NCBI GenBank assembly: GCA_948466315.1
Contig: CAOJZZ010000003.1
Coordinates: 1 to 62,896, forward strand
DNA: 62,896 bases
Origin: an uncultured Mycoplasmatota bacterium
GTDB lineage: Bacteria; Bacillota_I; Bacilli_A; RF39; UBA660
Direction of reading: 5' to 3'
In this document: positions 28,307 to 39,739 of the stretch, in pieces
Layout of the letters: each line of letters starts with the position of its first letter
How positions within the stretch are numbered: the first letter of the stretch is position 1
Position numbers and translations under genes: made by a program
The notes under the pieces: generated by a model
The model's database searches: none
What the model saw: the letters and a program-made list of their open reading frames with translations, nothing else
What the model was told of the DNA's origin: nothing

Positions 28307-29704
28307 CTACTTATCTTCAAAATAATTTTTAATTACATCATAATCACAATATTCTACTCTTTTATCCTCAATAGCCATATAATTATCCCGGCCCTTACCT
28401 AAAATAAGAACAACAGAATCCTTTGTAGCAATATCCAAAGCCCTCTTAATAGCCTCACTTCTATCAATAATTCTAATATAATCTTTATGACTACCAGCCA
28501 TTTGATCAATAATTTCATCCACACTTTCATATCTTGGATCATCCATAGTAAAAATTACAACATCTGACTTTGCTAAAACAACCTCCCCTATACTACTACG
28601 TTTTTCCCTTTCTCTACCACCTGCTGCACCAGTAACTGTAATAATATTTTTATAATCCTTCACACTATCCAAAATATTACAAATCCCATTAAACGTATGT
28701 GCATAGTCCAATATAATTGTATAATCCTGTCCAAAATCAAGATATTCTCCTCTTCCAAGTACTGGACCAAGATTTTTGATACTATCAATCAAAAACTCAC
28801 TATCAATTCCCTTTAACAAACAAACTATAAATGCTAACGTAACATTATAAACATTATACATTCCCTTAAATGGACTAGTTATCTTATATTCTTTTCCACA
28901 ATTACAAATAACAAATTCAACATTTTTAGACATTTGTTTTACATCACTTATAACATAATCGTTATTACTATCAAAACCATAACTATACATATTTTTACAT
29001 GAAATAGATTTACAATTTTTATCATCGCCATTAAAAACAACTATTCCGTCATCTTTTAATAAATTTAAAAGAGATAACTTACAACCAATATAATTTTCAA
29101 TAGTACCATGAATATTTAGATGATCTGAAGTAATATTAGTATACCCTATAATATCATACTTAAAACTATCAAGTCTTTTATGAAGCAACGCTTCGCTTGA
29201 CACTTCCATTACAACGTTTTTACAGTCACTGTCTTTTACCTTATTTAAAGAATTATATAATTCTAAAGTACAAGGTGTAGTATTATGAAGAGATTCATAT
29301 TTACCATCTATTAAAAGACCATTTGTACCAATTAATGCCGTTTTGCTATAATTATCTAATAAATTCTGAATAATGGTTGTAGAGGTTGTTTTACCATCAG
29401 TTCCTGTAATACCAATCAAAGAAAATTCATCTAAAGTAACATCATAAAATTTTTGACAAATTCTATCATATACTAAATTAACATCATCAACTAAAATAAC
29501 TGGAATAGAAAGTTCTATTTTCTTATCTGTAACAACACCTACAGCTCCTTTTTCTACTGCATCAAAAATAAAATCAGAATGATCTACAAAAAAGCCATGT
29601 GTAGCAACAAATAAAAATCCCTTCTTTATTTCACGAGAATCGTCACTAACACCACTAACAAAAAAATCATAAGAACAATCTACTAATTGATTAATTCTCT
29701 TCAT
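28307..29704 (-). CDS. murE: MurE-type Mur ligase
   Basis: GITGTDGKTT, MEVSS, DHLN, DYAHT, DDPR, GKG. Confidence 0.85.
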   Translation of the reverse strand: MKRINQLVDCSYDFFVSGVSDDSREIKKGFLFVATHGFFVDHSDFIFDAVEKGAVGVVTDKKIELSIPVILVDDVNLVYDRICQKFYDVTLDEFSLIGITGTDGKTTSTTIIQNLLDNYSKTALIGTNGLLIDGKYESLHNTTPCTLELYNSLNKVKDSDCKNVVMEVSSEALLHKRLDSFKYDIIGYTNITSDHLNIHGTIENYIGCKLSLLNLLKDDGIVVFNGDDKNCKSISCKNMYSYGFDSNNDYVISDVKQMSKNVEFVICNCGKEYKITSPFKGMYNVYNVTLAFIVCLLKGIDSEFLIDSIKNLGPVLGRGEYLDFGQDYTIILDYAHTFNGICNILDSVKDYKNIITVTGAAGGREREKRSSIGEVVLAKSDVVIFTMDDPRYESVDEIIDQMAGSHKDYIRIIDRSEAIKRALDIATKDSVVLILGKGRDNYMAIEDKRVEYCDYDVIKNYFEDK

Positions 29705-29806
29705 CTTCTCACCTCTTATTACTAATATATACTATGCAATCATTAAAAAATGGAAATAAAATAATAACATTAAAAAGGAAAAACAAAGTTTTTCTCATAA
29801 ATACAT

Positions 29807-30850
29807 CTACTTTTCAGATTCCTTTTTCTTAGCATCAGTCTTATCTAAGGCTATATCATAATATTCTCTAACCTTAGCCTCAATTTCATTTCTAAGTTCA
29901 ATATTATCTTTAAGTAACAATTTAACATTTTCCTTTCCTTGACCAAGCTTCTCACCTCGATAAGAATACCAAGCTCCTGTTTTATCAACAATAGAAGCAT
30001 CAGCTGCTAAATCTAAAATCTCTCCTTCACGCGAAACGCCTTCACCATACATAATATCAACAACAGCACTCTTAAAAGGTGGAGCAACTTTATTTTTAAC
30101 AACTTTAATAGTAGTCTTATTTCCAACAACTCCATCACCCATCTTAAGTTGTTCATTTCGTCTAATATCCAAACGAATTGTTGAATAAAATTTCAAAGCT
30201 CGTCCGCCAGGTGTAGTTTCAGGATTACCAAACATAACTCCCACCTTTTCACGCAATTGATTAATAAAAATACATGTAGTTTTAGTCTTATTAATTGTTC
30301 CAGATAATTTTCTAAGTGCTTGAGACATAAGTCTAGCTTGCAAACCAACATGCGAATCTCCCATTTCACCATCAATTTCGGCCTGTGGGACCAAAGCCGC
30401 AACAGAATCAATAACAATAATACTAACTGCTTCGCTACGAACTAAAGCTTCGCAAATTTCCAAAGCTTGCTCTCCTGTATCGGGTTGTGATAACAACAAC
30501 TCATCGATATTAACTCCTAATCTTTCTGCATAAACTGGATCAAGAGCATGCTCAGCATCAATAAATGCTGCCCTACCACCAGCCTTCTGATTCTCTGCAA
30601 TAGCCTGCAAAGCAAAAGTTGTCTTACCACTAGATTCTGGACCATAAATTTCAATAATACGTCCTCTAGGATAACCACCGACACCCAAAGCGATATCTAA
30701 CGATAAACACCCACTAGAACAAACATCTACTTTCATATGCTTATTATCTCCAAGCTTCATAATAGATCCTTTTCCAAATTGTTTTTCAATCTCACTTAAC
30801 ACTTGATCTAAAGTTTTATCTTTAGAATCATTCTTACTTACTGTTTTCAT
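29807..30850 (-). CDS. recA: Recombinase A
   Basis: [28 protein letters not shown]. Confidence 0.99.
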   Translation of the reverse strand: MKTVSKNDSKDKTLDQVLSEIEKQFGKGSIMKLGDNKHMKVDVCSSGCLSLDIALGVGGYPRGRIIEIYGPESSGKTTFALQAIAENQKAGGRAAFIDAEHALDPVYAERLGVNIDELLLSQPDTGEQALEICEALVRSEAVSIIVIDSVAALVPQAEIDGEMGDSHVGLQARLMSQALRKLSGTINKTKTTCIFINQLREKVGVMFGNPETTPGGRALKFYSTIRLDIRRNEQLKMGDGVVGNKTTIKVVKNKVAPPFKSAVVDIMYGEGVSREGEILDLAADASIVDKTGAWYSYRGEKLGQGKENVKLLLKDNIELRNEIEAKVREYYDIALDKTDAKKKESEK

Positions 30851-30879
30851 ATTCCCTCCTAGTTCATATTGATAATATC

Positions 30880-30930
30880 ATTGTATACTATATTTTTTTA
30901 AATTGCAACATCTTTTCGAACAATTGTTTT
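30880..30930 (-). promoter_or_regulatory. recA promoter (TTGCAA-17-TACAAT) with upstream LexA/Cheo box CGAACAATTGTTTT (30917-30930)
   Basis: Near-consensus CGAAC-N4-GTTY; same placement as in Bacillus recA. Confidence 0.75.
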
Positions 30931-31012
30931 ATAAAATTTAATTGTAATATAACACAAAAAAATAAAAACCTCTTCTGAAAAAAGAAGTTTTATTATAAAA
31001 ATCCCACTCAAA

Positions 31013-31615
31013 TTAAACAATTTCGATTTTATTAAACATAATATCTTTATTATAATGATAATACTGAAAAGCCGAAATAATAGACATAATACAAGCAAAA
31101 TATAACAAAAAATCAGATACTCGTATATTAATAAACTCAAAAGGTAAATTATAAAAAAATGTCAATATAGTTCCTACCATCAAAGAAGCAGTCTTTAATT
31201 TACCAGAACCAATAGCAGCAACTACTTTTCCTTTACTAGCAGTCTCCATCTTTATAGCATCTACAACAATATCTCTAAGAATAATAACAACTGGTACAAT
31301 TTCACTAATAAAACCATGAGTAGCTAAAAGAATTAATGAAGAGTTAACAAGAACTTTATCAGCAATAGCATCTAACATCTTTCCAGTATCAGTAATTTGA
31401 TTATTACGTCGTGCCAAATAACCATCAAGAAAATCCGTAAAACTAGCAACAATAAATATAGCACCCGCAATAATGTATTGCAATTCTACAACTACTCCTG
31501 AAACATCATACTTAGGAAACTGCACCCCCACAGCATAAAAAGGAAAAGAAAGAAGTCCAATTACAAACAAAGTAAGAATTAAACGCAATACGGTCAATTT
31601 AGTAGGTAAATTCAT
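31013..31615 (-). CDS. pgsA: CDP-diacylglycerol--glycerol-3-phosphate phosphatidyltransferase
   Basis: NLPTKLTVLR, DFLDGYLARR...GKMLDAIADK. Confidence 0.96.
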   Translation of the reverse strand: MNLPTKLTVLRLILTLFVIGLLSFPFYAVGVQFPKYDVSGVVVELQYIIAGAIFIVASFTDFLDGYLARRNNQITDTGKMLDAIADKVLVNSSLILLATHGFISEIVPVVIILRDIVVDAIKMETASKGKVVAAIGSGKLKTASLMVGTILTFFYNLPFEFINIRVSDFLLYFACIMSIISAFQYYHYNKDIMFNKIEIV

Positions 31616-32106
31616 ATAATCTCCTTCCGATAAATACTAAAAGACAATTCATCAGTTCTAACTGGTGTCTTATCAATATGAACAATTATAAAGGTAACAA
31701 TTAAAGAAACAAGAGCAACTACTACAATAATTATAATAAAAGGCCAAATCTTAATCTTTTCTCTATATTCCATTGTATATGGTGATTTAACCTTCTTCTC
31801 TTTCTGTCTTTCCTCTTCTTCTAGTTTTCTTTGTGCTTCTTTAATATCTGCTAGAGAAATTTTAGAAGTATGTTCAAACAAAAAACCATTAAACTCATCA
31901 ACTACACGCTCTGGATCAAGCCCCAAATACTTTGCATACTGTCTAATATATTGTTTCAAAGAATAAACATCCTTAAACGCTCTAACATTACCACTTTCTA
32001 TATTTTCAAGTTGAGATGTTGCCAGGTCTAAATCATCGGCAGCTTCAGTAATAGTAACCCCATTACTAACTCTAGTCTGCTTCAAATACTCTCCTAACTC
32101 CTTCAT
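31612..32106 (-). CDS. RodZ-like HTH plus TM protein
   Basis: LGEYLKQTR, LENIESG, YAKYLGLD, C-terminal TM; upstream of pgsA. Confidence 0.8.
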   Translation of the reverse strand: MKELGEYLKQTRVSNGVTITEAADDLDLATSQLENIESGNVRAFKDVYSLKQYIRQYAKYLGLDPERVVDEFNGFLFEHTSKISLADIKEAQRKLEEEERQKEKKVKSPYTMEYREKIKIWPFIIIIVVVALVSLIVTFIIVHIDKTPVRTDELSFSIYRKEII

Positions 32107-32136
32107 AAAACACCTCACTTAAATAAACAATAATAT

Positions 32137-32477
32137 AAATAAGCCATGTTCTGTTCCTATTACTAGGTGACAAACATCTATCTACCAATAAATAATTGGT
32201 CCCCAACTCCATTCAATTCTGTTGTTGGAACTCCCCTACCAAATTTGGGTTTCTCGCTCGTGGGGTTTACCACGTTTCACTCTTTTGTTTCCAAAAGCAT
32301 CGTCACTGCGGCACTTTACAAAAAAAACCATATTATAAAAACTTAGGTTTTCACTTCGCCGTTAGCCTAAACTACCCTAGGTTATTTTTTCCCTAGGCAC
32401 GAACACTACAACCATCGCAGATTGTGCGAGCATGGACTTTCCTCAAGGATCTTAAAAATCCCAGCGTTTGTCTATAT
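32137..32477 (-). ncRNA. rnpB: RNase P RNA, type B (ends approximate)
   Basis: GAGGAAAGTCCATGCTCGC, AAAGTGCCGCAGTGACG, GTGAAACGTGGTAAACCCCACGAG, ACAGAACATGGCTTAT; directly after gpsB as in Bacillus. Confidence 0.97.
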
Positions 32478-32478
32478 A

Positions 32479-32823
32479 TTAATTGTCATTTCTAGATTTC
32501 AAATCATATACCATCTTCTCTAGTTGAGATAACCTTCGCATAATATCAACATTAGTAACCTCAGGATTATCAACAACAGTACTACGAGCAACCTCAACAC
32601 TAAGTTTAGAATTACGTAATTCCTGTTTAAGGGTCATAATTTCTCCTAATAAATCAGCTTTCTCCTTTTCCAAGTTATTGATAATATTCAAAAACTGCTC
32701 ATAATCACCAATAATAATATCTAAAAACTGATCAACTTCCTTCAAACGATATCCTCGAGTATCTATCTTAAACTCCTTTTCGAGAATATCTTGTGGCATA
32801 AGTGTAATCTTATTTTGATACAT
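32479..32823 (-). CDS. gpsB: Cell division regulator GpsB (DivIVA domain)
   Basis: DILEKEFKIDTRGYRLKEVDQFLD; DIMRRLSQLEKMV. Confidence 0.92.
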   Translation of the reverse strand: MYQNKITLMPQDILEKEFKIDTRGYRLKEVDQFLDIIIGDYEQFLNIINNLEKEKADLLGEIMTLKQELRNSKLSVEVARSTVVDNPEVTNVDIMRRLSQLEKMVYDLKSRNDN

Positions 32824-32849
32824 TTTATCACCAATCCCTTACATTTAAT

Positions 32850-32878
32850 ATTATGTCATTAATGTTCTAGTTTGTCAA
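32850..32878 (-). promoter_or_regulatory. sigA promoter of gpsB-rnpB
   Basis: TTGACA-17-CATAAT. Confidence 0.7.
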
Positions 32879-33512
32879 ATATTAACCCATCAAATAAATA
32901 ATACAAATTCATTCCAATAGAAACCTCTCTAGTATTATCAACAATTCGATTAATTACCCTAATAATTTCAAAATTATTCATACATATCACCCATCATTAT
33001 AATAATATAAAATAACAAAAAAAACATAATTCCGACAAAAAAAGCTAAAAATATACATTTAAAAACACATGCTTTACATCCTAAAAAAAATAATAAAATT
33101 AAAGACTAATATTACAAAATTATATACTTAAAATTTTAATATAATGTATATTGCATAAGATGCTTTTTTTATTTATAAATATCTTAGAAAATAATCATTA
33201 ATAAAACGTATCTATAAATTTTAATCTTAACAAGACAAAGTCTCGGATAATTAGACCATAATAAATTAAATTAACTAATATAATATATTATAATAACCAA
33301 ATATAAAAACTATTTAGTTTATTAACTTTTATATTATTATCTTAGATATTATAAAAATTCAAACTAAAAAACCAAAATTAATTAACAAATTCATAGCAAT
33401 CTACTTTATTATACTATTTTTATTATTTCAGCCTTCATAAATTTATTCTGAATCAAACCCAAATTTCTATGGAAAAAATATACATATTATAGTATAATAA
33501 AAAATAGGTGAT

Positions 33513-34082
33513 GTGATGAACTATCCTAACGGTTTAAAAAAATTAACCTCACATAAAATAAACTATAAAAATAGAGGTATGACATTAGAATGTGAAATAA
33601 ATGACTCAAATGAATACTACCGTGAAATAGATAAAGCATATATATATAAAAAACCAACACCAATAAAAATAACAAAGGTTGATTATCCGTCTAGAGACAA
33701 AACTATAATCAAAGAAGCATTTTTCACAATTCCATCAACTACAGATTATAACGGTTTATACAAAGGCAAGTATATAGACTTTGAAGCAAAAGAAACAAAA
33801 AGTAAAACATCATTTGCCCTAAACAATATTCATCCCCACCAAATAAAACATATTGAAAATATTTATAATCATCAAGGAATTGTATTCTTAATAATTAGAT
33901 TTACAACACTTAATGAAACATATCTTTTAACAGCAGAAAAATTTTTAAACTTTATAAATATAAATAAAAGAAAATCAATTCCAATAAACTATTTTAAGGA
34001 AAACGCATACTTAATAAAAGACGGTTATAAACCAAGAATTGACTATTTAAAAATAGTAGATTATTTAATTGGAGGTATATAA
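33513..34082 (+). CDS. recU: Holliday junction resolvase RecU
   Basis: NRGMTLE, YKKPTP, STTDYNG, DFEAKET, HPHQI. Confidence 0.97.
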   Translation: MMNYPNGLKKLTSHKINYKNRGMTLECEINDSNEYYREIDKAYIYKKPTPIKITKVDYPSRDKTIIKEAFFTIPSTTDYNGLYKGKYIDFEAKETKSKTSFALNNIHPHQIKHIENIYNHQGIVFLIIRFTTLNETYLLTAEKFLNFININKRKSIPINYFKENAYLIKDGYKPRIDYLKIVDYLIGGI

Positions 34083-36724
34083 TGCAAAAAAAAGATATAA
34101 AAAGTAAAAAACCTAATAGTACAAAAAACAAAACAAACAATGGAAAACAAGCACAAAAAAGAATAACACCAAAAAGAAATACCAAAACAGATCAAAGTGC
34201 TAAAATAGCATGTATTCTTGCTTGTATTGCTATACTAGGAATTTGTTATGTAATCTTAGGACTAGTATTCACTTTAATAGCAGCAACAGGACTTGCTATA
34301 ATAATAGGAACTTCCATGCTATTAAATAAAACTAAAAATCAAAAAAAGAAAAGAAAAATAATCAATATTATTTTAATCGTTTTCTTAACTTTAGGTATAC
34401 TAGCATTACTCGCCTTTAGTGTATTTTGTATATACATAAAAATAAAAGCAGACCCTAAATTTAAAGTAAACAATCTAAATACAGCCGAAATTTCTAGAAT
34501 GTATGATAAAGATGGTAATGAATTTGCTAAATTAGGCTCAGAAAAAAGAGAAAAAATATCTTATGAGGAATTACCAGAAGTATTAATAGATGCTATTATT
34601 TCAACAGAAGACTCAAGATTCTTTCAACATAATGGTTTTGATGCCCCACGATTTTTTAAAGCAACAGCGGGTCAATTATTAGGAAATTCAGGAGCAGGTG
34701 GAGCCTCAACACTATCAATGCAAGTCGTAAAAAATAGTTTCACCTCAACAGAAGCTTCAGGTATTGAAGGTATAATCCGTAAATTCGAAGATATTTATTT
34801 ATCAATTTTTAAACTAGAAAAAAATTATACCAAACAACAAATTATTGAATATTATGTCAATAATCACTTCTTAGGTGGTAATATTTATGGAGTTGAAGAA
34901 GCCTCTAAAGCTTATTTCGGAAAAAGTGTTACTGAACTTAATTTAAGTGAAGCAGCCATCCTAGCTGGAATGTTCAAATCTCCTAATTATTATCGTCCTA
35001 CTGCAAACCCTAAAAATGCTACTGCTAGAAGAGCCACAGTACTAAAACTTATGAAAAAACATGGATATATCACTAAAGAAGAACAAGACTTAGCTAATTC
35101 AATACCTGTAGAATCCCTAACAGCTGAAGGTGTTGCCGAAGATAATAGTGAATTCCAAGGATATATTGATACAGTAGTAAGTGAATTAAATGAAAAATAC
35201 AAAGTAAACCCATATACAACACCATTACTTATCTATACAAACCTAGATAGATCAAAACAAAATGCTGTAAATACTGTTTTACGAGGAGAAAATTATAATT
35301 GGATTAATGACAAAATCCAAACAGGAGTTTCGGTGTTAGATTCAGAAACAGGGAAAATACTAGCAATAGGTAATGGACGTAATCGTAGTGGGGCCAGACA
35401 ATTTAATTATGCAACAGATATTAAAAGACAACCTGGATCTACTGCAAAACCATTATTTGACTATGGACCAGGAATTGAATATAACAATTGGTCAACTTAC
35501 ACACCATTCACAGATGCTCCATATTCTTATTCAAATGGTCGTTCAATTAAAAACTGGGATGGAGGATACTTTGGTACAATTACCTTAAGAAGAGCATTAT
35601 CAACTTCTCGTAATATTCCTGCTCTAAAAGCTTTCCAACAAGTAGATAACAAAAAAATAATTGACTTCGTTACTAATTTAGGAATAGAGCCTGAAATAGA
35701 AAATGGAAAAATACATGAAGCACACTCTATCGGAGCCTTTACTGGTGTTAGTCCTCTGCAAATGAGTGCAGCATATGCTGCCTTCTCCAATGGAGGTTAT
35801 TACAATGAACCATATAGTGTAAGCAAAATAACTTTTAGAGCAACTGGAGAAAGTAAAGAACATAAATCAAATAAAAAACAAGTTATGTCAGATGCTACTG
35901 CTTTCATGATTTCAAGCGTTCTACAGGATGTTGCCTTAACTGGTGGAACGCCTTCAAATGTAGCTTGCAAAACAGGAACTACAAACTATGATAGTTCTAC
36001 AATGAGTAAGCATAACTTACCATCAGATGCTATTAGAGATTCGTGGGTAGTTGGTTATTCAACCAAAACAGTAATTGGTATGTGGTATGGATATGATTTT
36101 ATTGATAAAGAATATTGTTTAAGAAATATACCAGCCACTGTTCAAAAAGATAGATTATTCAATGCCCTAGTTAGTGCTGGAGCCATAGAAGCACATAGAG
36201 AAGCATTTAAGCAACCATCAAGTGTTGTTAAAAAAGCAGTATCAACAAGTAATGGAAATGTTTTATATGAATATTTCAAAAAGGGTCATGAACCAGATGA
36301 TAATATTGATGATGAAAATGAAAATAATAAAATAAGTAAACCAGGAAACTTTAAGGTAAGTTATAATAGTAGCACCAAAAAAGTTAATATGAGTTGGAAT
36401 GCCGTATCTCCAAATAATAACAACAATTATGGGGAATTTGGTTATAATATATATAAAGATGGAACACTAATAGGTTGGACCGACAAAACAAGCTATAGTT
36501 TTGATACTAATTCACCTTATGGAACCTATAAAGTAATAGCAACTTACAAAGGATATAGTGGAGTTCAAAGTGAAGCAGCAACATACACTCTAAAAGAATC
36601 TCACTCAACACCATCCCCTTCACCTTCTCCATCGCCATCTCCTACACCAACACCAACTCCATCGCCATCTCCTACACCATCGCCAACTCCATCATCTTCG
36701 CCAGACCACCCAACAAATCAATAA
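34082..36724 (+). CDS. ponA: Class A PBP (PBP1A) with Fn3 domain and Pro/Ser/Thr tail
   Basis: EDSRFFQH, GASTLSMQ, RKFED, GSTAKP (SxxK), SRN, KTGT. Confidence 0.95.
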   Translation: MQKKDIKSKKPNSTKNKTNNGKQAQKRITPKRNTKTDQSAKIACILACIAILGICYVILGLVFTLIAATGLAIIIGTSMLLNKTKNQKKKRKIINIILIVFLTLGILALLAFSVFCIYIKIKADPKFKVNNLNTAEISRMYDKDGNEFAKLGSEKREKISYEELPEVLIDAIISTEDSRFFQHNGFDAPRFFKATAGQLLGNSGAGGASTLSMQVVKNSFTSTEASGIEGIIRKFEDIYLSIFKLEKNYTKQQIIEYYVNNHFLGGNIYGVEEASKAYFGKSVTELNLSEAAILAGMFKSPNYYRPTANPKNATARRATVLKLMKKHGYITKEEQDLANSIPVESLTAEGVAEDNSEFQGYIDTVVSELNEKYKVNPYTTPLLIYTNLDRSKQNAVNTVLRGENYNWINDKIQTGVSVLDSETGKILAIGNGRNRSGARQFNYATDIKRQPGSTAKPLFDYGPGIEYNNWSTYTPFTDAPYSYSNGRSIKNWDGGYFGTITLRRALSTSRNIPALKAFQQVDNKKIIDFVTNLGIEPEIENGKIHEAHSIGAFTGVSPLQMSAAYAAFSNGGYYNEPYSVSKITFRATGESKEHKSNKKQVMSDATAFMISSVLQDVALTGGTPSNVACKTGTTNYDSSTMSKHNLPSDAIRDSWVVGYSTKTVIGMWYGYDFIDKEYCLRNIPATVQKDRLFNALVSAGAIEAHREAFKQPSSVVKKAVSTSNGNVLYEYFKKGHEPDDNIDDENENNKISKPGNFKVSYNSSTKKVNMSWNAVSPNNNNNYGEFGYNIYKDGTLIGWTDKTSYSFDTNSPYGTYKVIATYKGYSGVQSEAATYTLKESHSTPSPSPSPSPSPTPTPTPSPSPTPSPTPSSSPDHPTNQ
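36608..36703 (+). repeat. Coding (PS/PT)n low-complexity repeat in the PBP1A tail
   Basis: ctccatcgccatctcctacacca occurs twice within a run of 6-nt units. Confidence 0.85.
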
Positions 36725-36834
36725 AAATAGCAAAAAAACATGAAGCTGAGTAAAAATAAATAATTTTTATTCAGCTCTTTCTTTCTACAAAAAAAGATAG
36801 AAAACCCTATCTTTTTAATTATTCAAAATATTTC

Positions 36835-37470
36835 CTACCCTACAGATTTTTCCTTTATTTCTCTACAATAACACCTTAATTTACAAGATGAACATTCTGG
36901 TTTCATAGCCTTACAATGATATCTCCCAAACAAAACTAACTGCAAGTGGAGCCGTGCCCAATGCTCTTTTGGAAATTTTTTCATAAGTTTATTTTCTATC
37001 TTTAAAACGTCATCCTTCATATAAGCGAGCCTCAATCGTTTAGATACTCTTTCCACATGAGTATCAACCGCAATAAAAGGCATATGATAAAACTCACTTA
37101 AAAATACATTTACTGTCTTCCTACCAACTCCTGGAAAACTTTCCAAAATTTCTCGCTCTCTTGGGACGATACCATTATAATTCTCGTCTATTCTTCTTGC
37201 TATCTCTTTAACATATACTGATTTCCTTCTAAAAGAACCAACTGGTCTAATAATATTCTCTAAATCAGTTAATGAAGCTTTTTTTAAATCCTTTAAAGAA
37301 AGATATTTAGAAAAAATAATAGGAGTAACTGTATTTACCCTCTTATCAGTTGACTGAGCACTTAAAACTATCGCAATTAATAACTCATAATCCGTATGAT
37401 AAACAAGTTCGCATTTAGGCTCTGGAAATAATTCATTTAAATAATTTTCAATCTCAATCGTCTTCATCAA
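36835..37470 (-). CDS. nth: Endonuclease III
   Basis: LSAQSTD, HhH PGVGRKT, VDTHV, C-x6-C-x2-C-x5-C. Confidence 0.97.
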   Translation of the reverse strand: MMKTIEIENYLNELFPEPKCELVYHTDYELLIAIVLSAQSTDKRVNTVTPIIFSKYLSLKDLKKASLTDLENIIRPVGSFRRKSVYVKEIARRIDENYNGIVPREREILESFPGVGRKTVNVFLSEFYHMPFIAVDTHVERVSKRLRLAYMKDDVLKIENKLMKKFPKEHWARLHLQLVLFGRYHCKAMKPECSSCKLRCYCREIKEKSVG

Positions 37471-38125
37471 ACCAATTCCAATCTACTATATCTATATCAA
37501 TATCCTCATTTTGCTCCTTTCGAGCATTTCTCTTCTTTCTATTATTAGAAACATCATCTACTGTTTTTATTCCAAGTTTTCCCCACTCATATAAAATTTT
37601 ATCAATATATCTCAAATTAGAAACTCCATTAAATGTTGCCTCCCGAATTGCCTCTCGAATCAACTCTTCACTCATATTATTATCAAGCCAAGCCTTAATA
37701 ATTTCATATTCCATTGGACTGAGAGTTCTCCCAAATTCCTTTTCAATAACCTCAAAGATATTAGAATTAACATTACCAGTATTACTATTAGCCTCCTCCA
37801 TAGTAATTATTGATAGCTTATTATAAAATTCTTCTAATAAAACCACTTCCTCCATTAATCCCTTATCATTTTTCAAAACCTCTACCCTAATAAAATTTTT
37901 ATCTGTTAAAACACTAATAAATCCCATAACCTCTTTGAGTTCCAAATGCAAATCCTTACCAAACCTACCTGGATCAAATAAAAACTTATCTCCAAGATTA
38001 TACAAATACATCAAAAATATAAACTCCTCCATTTCTAACTTAAAAGATTTATAATGTTGCAACAAAAAAATAGGAATAACCATATTTCCCTGTTTAAAGA
38101 TATCTATGAATACTGAATTTTTCAT
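37454..38125 (-). CDS. dnaD: Replication protein DnaD
   Basis: FEVIEKEFGRTLSPME, YIDKILYEW; upstream of nth. Confidence 0.93.
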   Translation of the reverse strand: MKNSVFIDIFKQGNMVIPIFLLQHYKSFKLEMEEFIFLMYLYNLGDKFLFDPGRFGKDLHLELKEVMGFISVLTDKNFIRVEVLKNDKGLMEEVVLLEEFYNKLSIITMEEANSNTGNVNSNIFEVIEKEFGRTLSPMEYEIIKAWLDNNMSEELIREAIREATFNGVSNLRYIDKILYEWGKLGIKTVDDVSNNRKKRNARKEQNEDIDIDIVDWNWFDEDD

Positions 38126-38626
38126 ATCATCATCTCCACTCATATCATATCAAAATAAAACAATAAAATAAAGTAATGTTGATTTTTTATAATAATCTCA
38201 AAGTAGAAGAAAAATACTTAGAAAAAGGACATTATTACATATCCTTTGTATAATAGACTTTTACATTGTATCTATTAAAAACTACATCTAACAATCAACA
38301 TAATTCTTTTAATATTTAAAAATCAACATAATAAATATCTAATACCAATAAATTTACTATTCTAAAAACTACACTCATAACTAATTTCACCTCATCAACA
38401 AAACAAACTTTAAATATTAATTTACATTAATTACAACTATGTATTAGCTCATAAAAAGTAAGTCGATAAATTTTAGGTTTGTACGTATTACCTTGTTTGA
38501 TTTTGAATACACCCATTACACTATAGAACAGAGCATTAACTATTATAAAACTAACAAAAGATAATCTAATAACAATCTAAAAATAGCACTATTATTTATT
38601 AAAGTGCTATTAATAAAACACATCAA

Positions 38627-39739
38627 CTATAAAAATTGACCTAAATCATCATCATTATCATCATCTTCCTGTTGGTTCCAATTAAAAGGTGAGGTTTTAA
38701 AATCATCTTTTTTATCATCATCATCCAAAACTTCCCTTTTAGCAATATTTTTCATAAAATCAACTAAAGGATTACTCGTTTCTACTTTTTGACTAGGATT
38801 ATTTTTATTTGTAGAAAAATCTTTATTATAAGAAGATAATTTAATATTAGAACCACCTATTACAAATAAATCGTACTTTTTAGTAATTATTTTTATAATA
38901 ACTACTACACTTGCTATAGCAACACCAATTAATAAAACACTCTTCATAAGACTAAAACCTATCAAACCACAAACCAATACAATAATTAAATATGTTAAAG
39001 AAACAATTCCACCAAAACTAAACTTTATACCTAAATAAACATTAAGAAGTGGAATCCATGATAATAAATTACCTTTACGATACATTTGAAAACTCAAAGT
39101 ATTTACTAATGTAGAAAAGATAAAATAAATGAAAAATAATACTACCCAAGAAACTATCGTCGAAAGATCAATCTTTCCTAAAACCTTATCAAGCATATTA
39201 TCGATAACAGTATTATTTTCCTTCAAATCAGAATTTGTAACCATATCTTTAGGCTTAATTTCTTCAATTGTCTTTCCTAGATAGTTACTTGCACCACCTA
39301 CTTTACAATAAGCATTATCACCTATAACAGATATATATTTAACATCATTTAACCCCTTCTTCTTACCAAAATACTTATCCTTAACAACTATTGAATAATA
39401 TATCCAATCATTAGCAGCCAATTTAGTATTAGCAAAAGAACTATCATAATCTTTAGTAGAACAATAATTAACCATACCAACATTTTTCTTATTTTCATCA
39501 AATAAAGCTACTGAAATACTAACTGGTGCTTTAACACTTCCAAAATTAACTGCCTCAAACTCTAACAAATTACCATTAAGTCTCACAGAGTTATAAACAA
39601 AATGTTCTGTCACAACATCAAGCGTAGAACCAACAGGAATAAGTTCATAAACTGAAGACTCTATAGCTACAGAATCACCAATAAAAAATAAAAAAGCAAA
39701 AACACTTACAAAAAAATATTTAAAAACCTTTCTCATCAA
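38627..39739 (-). CDS. Hypothetical membrane protein with extracellular N-domain
   Basis: Signal-like N-terminus, two Cys, TM bundle, acidic tail. Confidence 0.6.
   Translation of the reverse strand: MMRKVFKYFFVSVFAFLFFIGDSVAIESSVYELIPVGSTLDVVTEHFVYNSVRLNGNLLEFEAVNFGSVKAPVSISVALFDENKKNVGMVNYCSTKDYDSSFANTKLAANDWIYYSIVVKDKYFGKKKGLNDVKYISVIGDNAYCKVGGASNYLGKTIEEIKPKDMVTNSDLKENNTVIDNMLDKVLGKIDLSTIVSWVVLFFIYFIFSTLVNTLSFQMYRKGNLLSWIPLLNVYLGIKFSFGGIVSLTYLIIVLVCGLIGFSLMKSVLLIGVAIASVVVIIKIITKKYDLFVIGGSNIKLSSYNKDFSTNKNNPSQKVETSNPLVDFMKNIAKREVLDDDDKKDDFKTSPFNWNQQEDDDNDDDLGQFL

Noticed and set aside
32196-32396. 66-aa plus-strand ORF
   Set aside because: Antisense to RNase P RNA.
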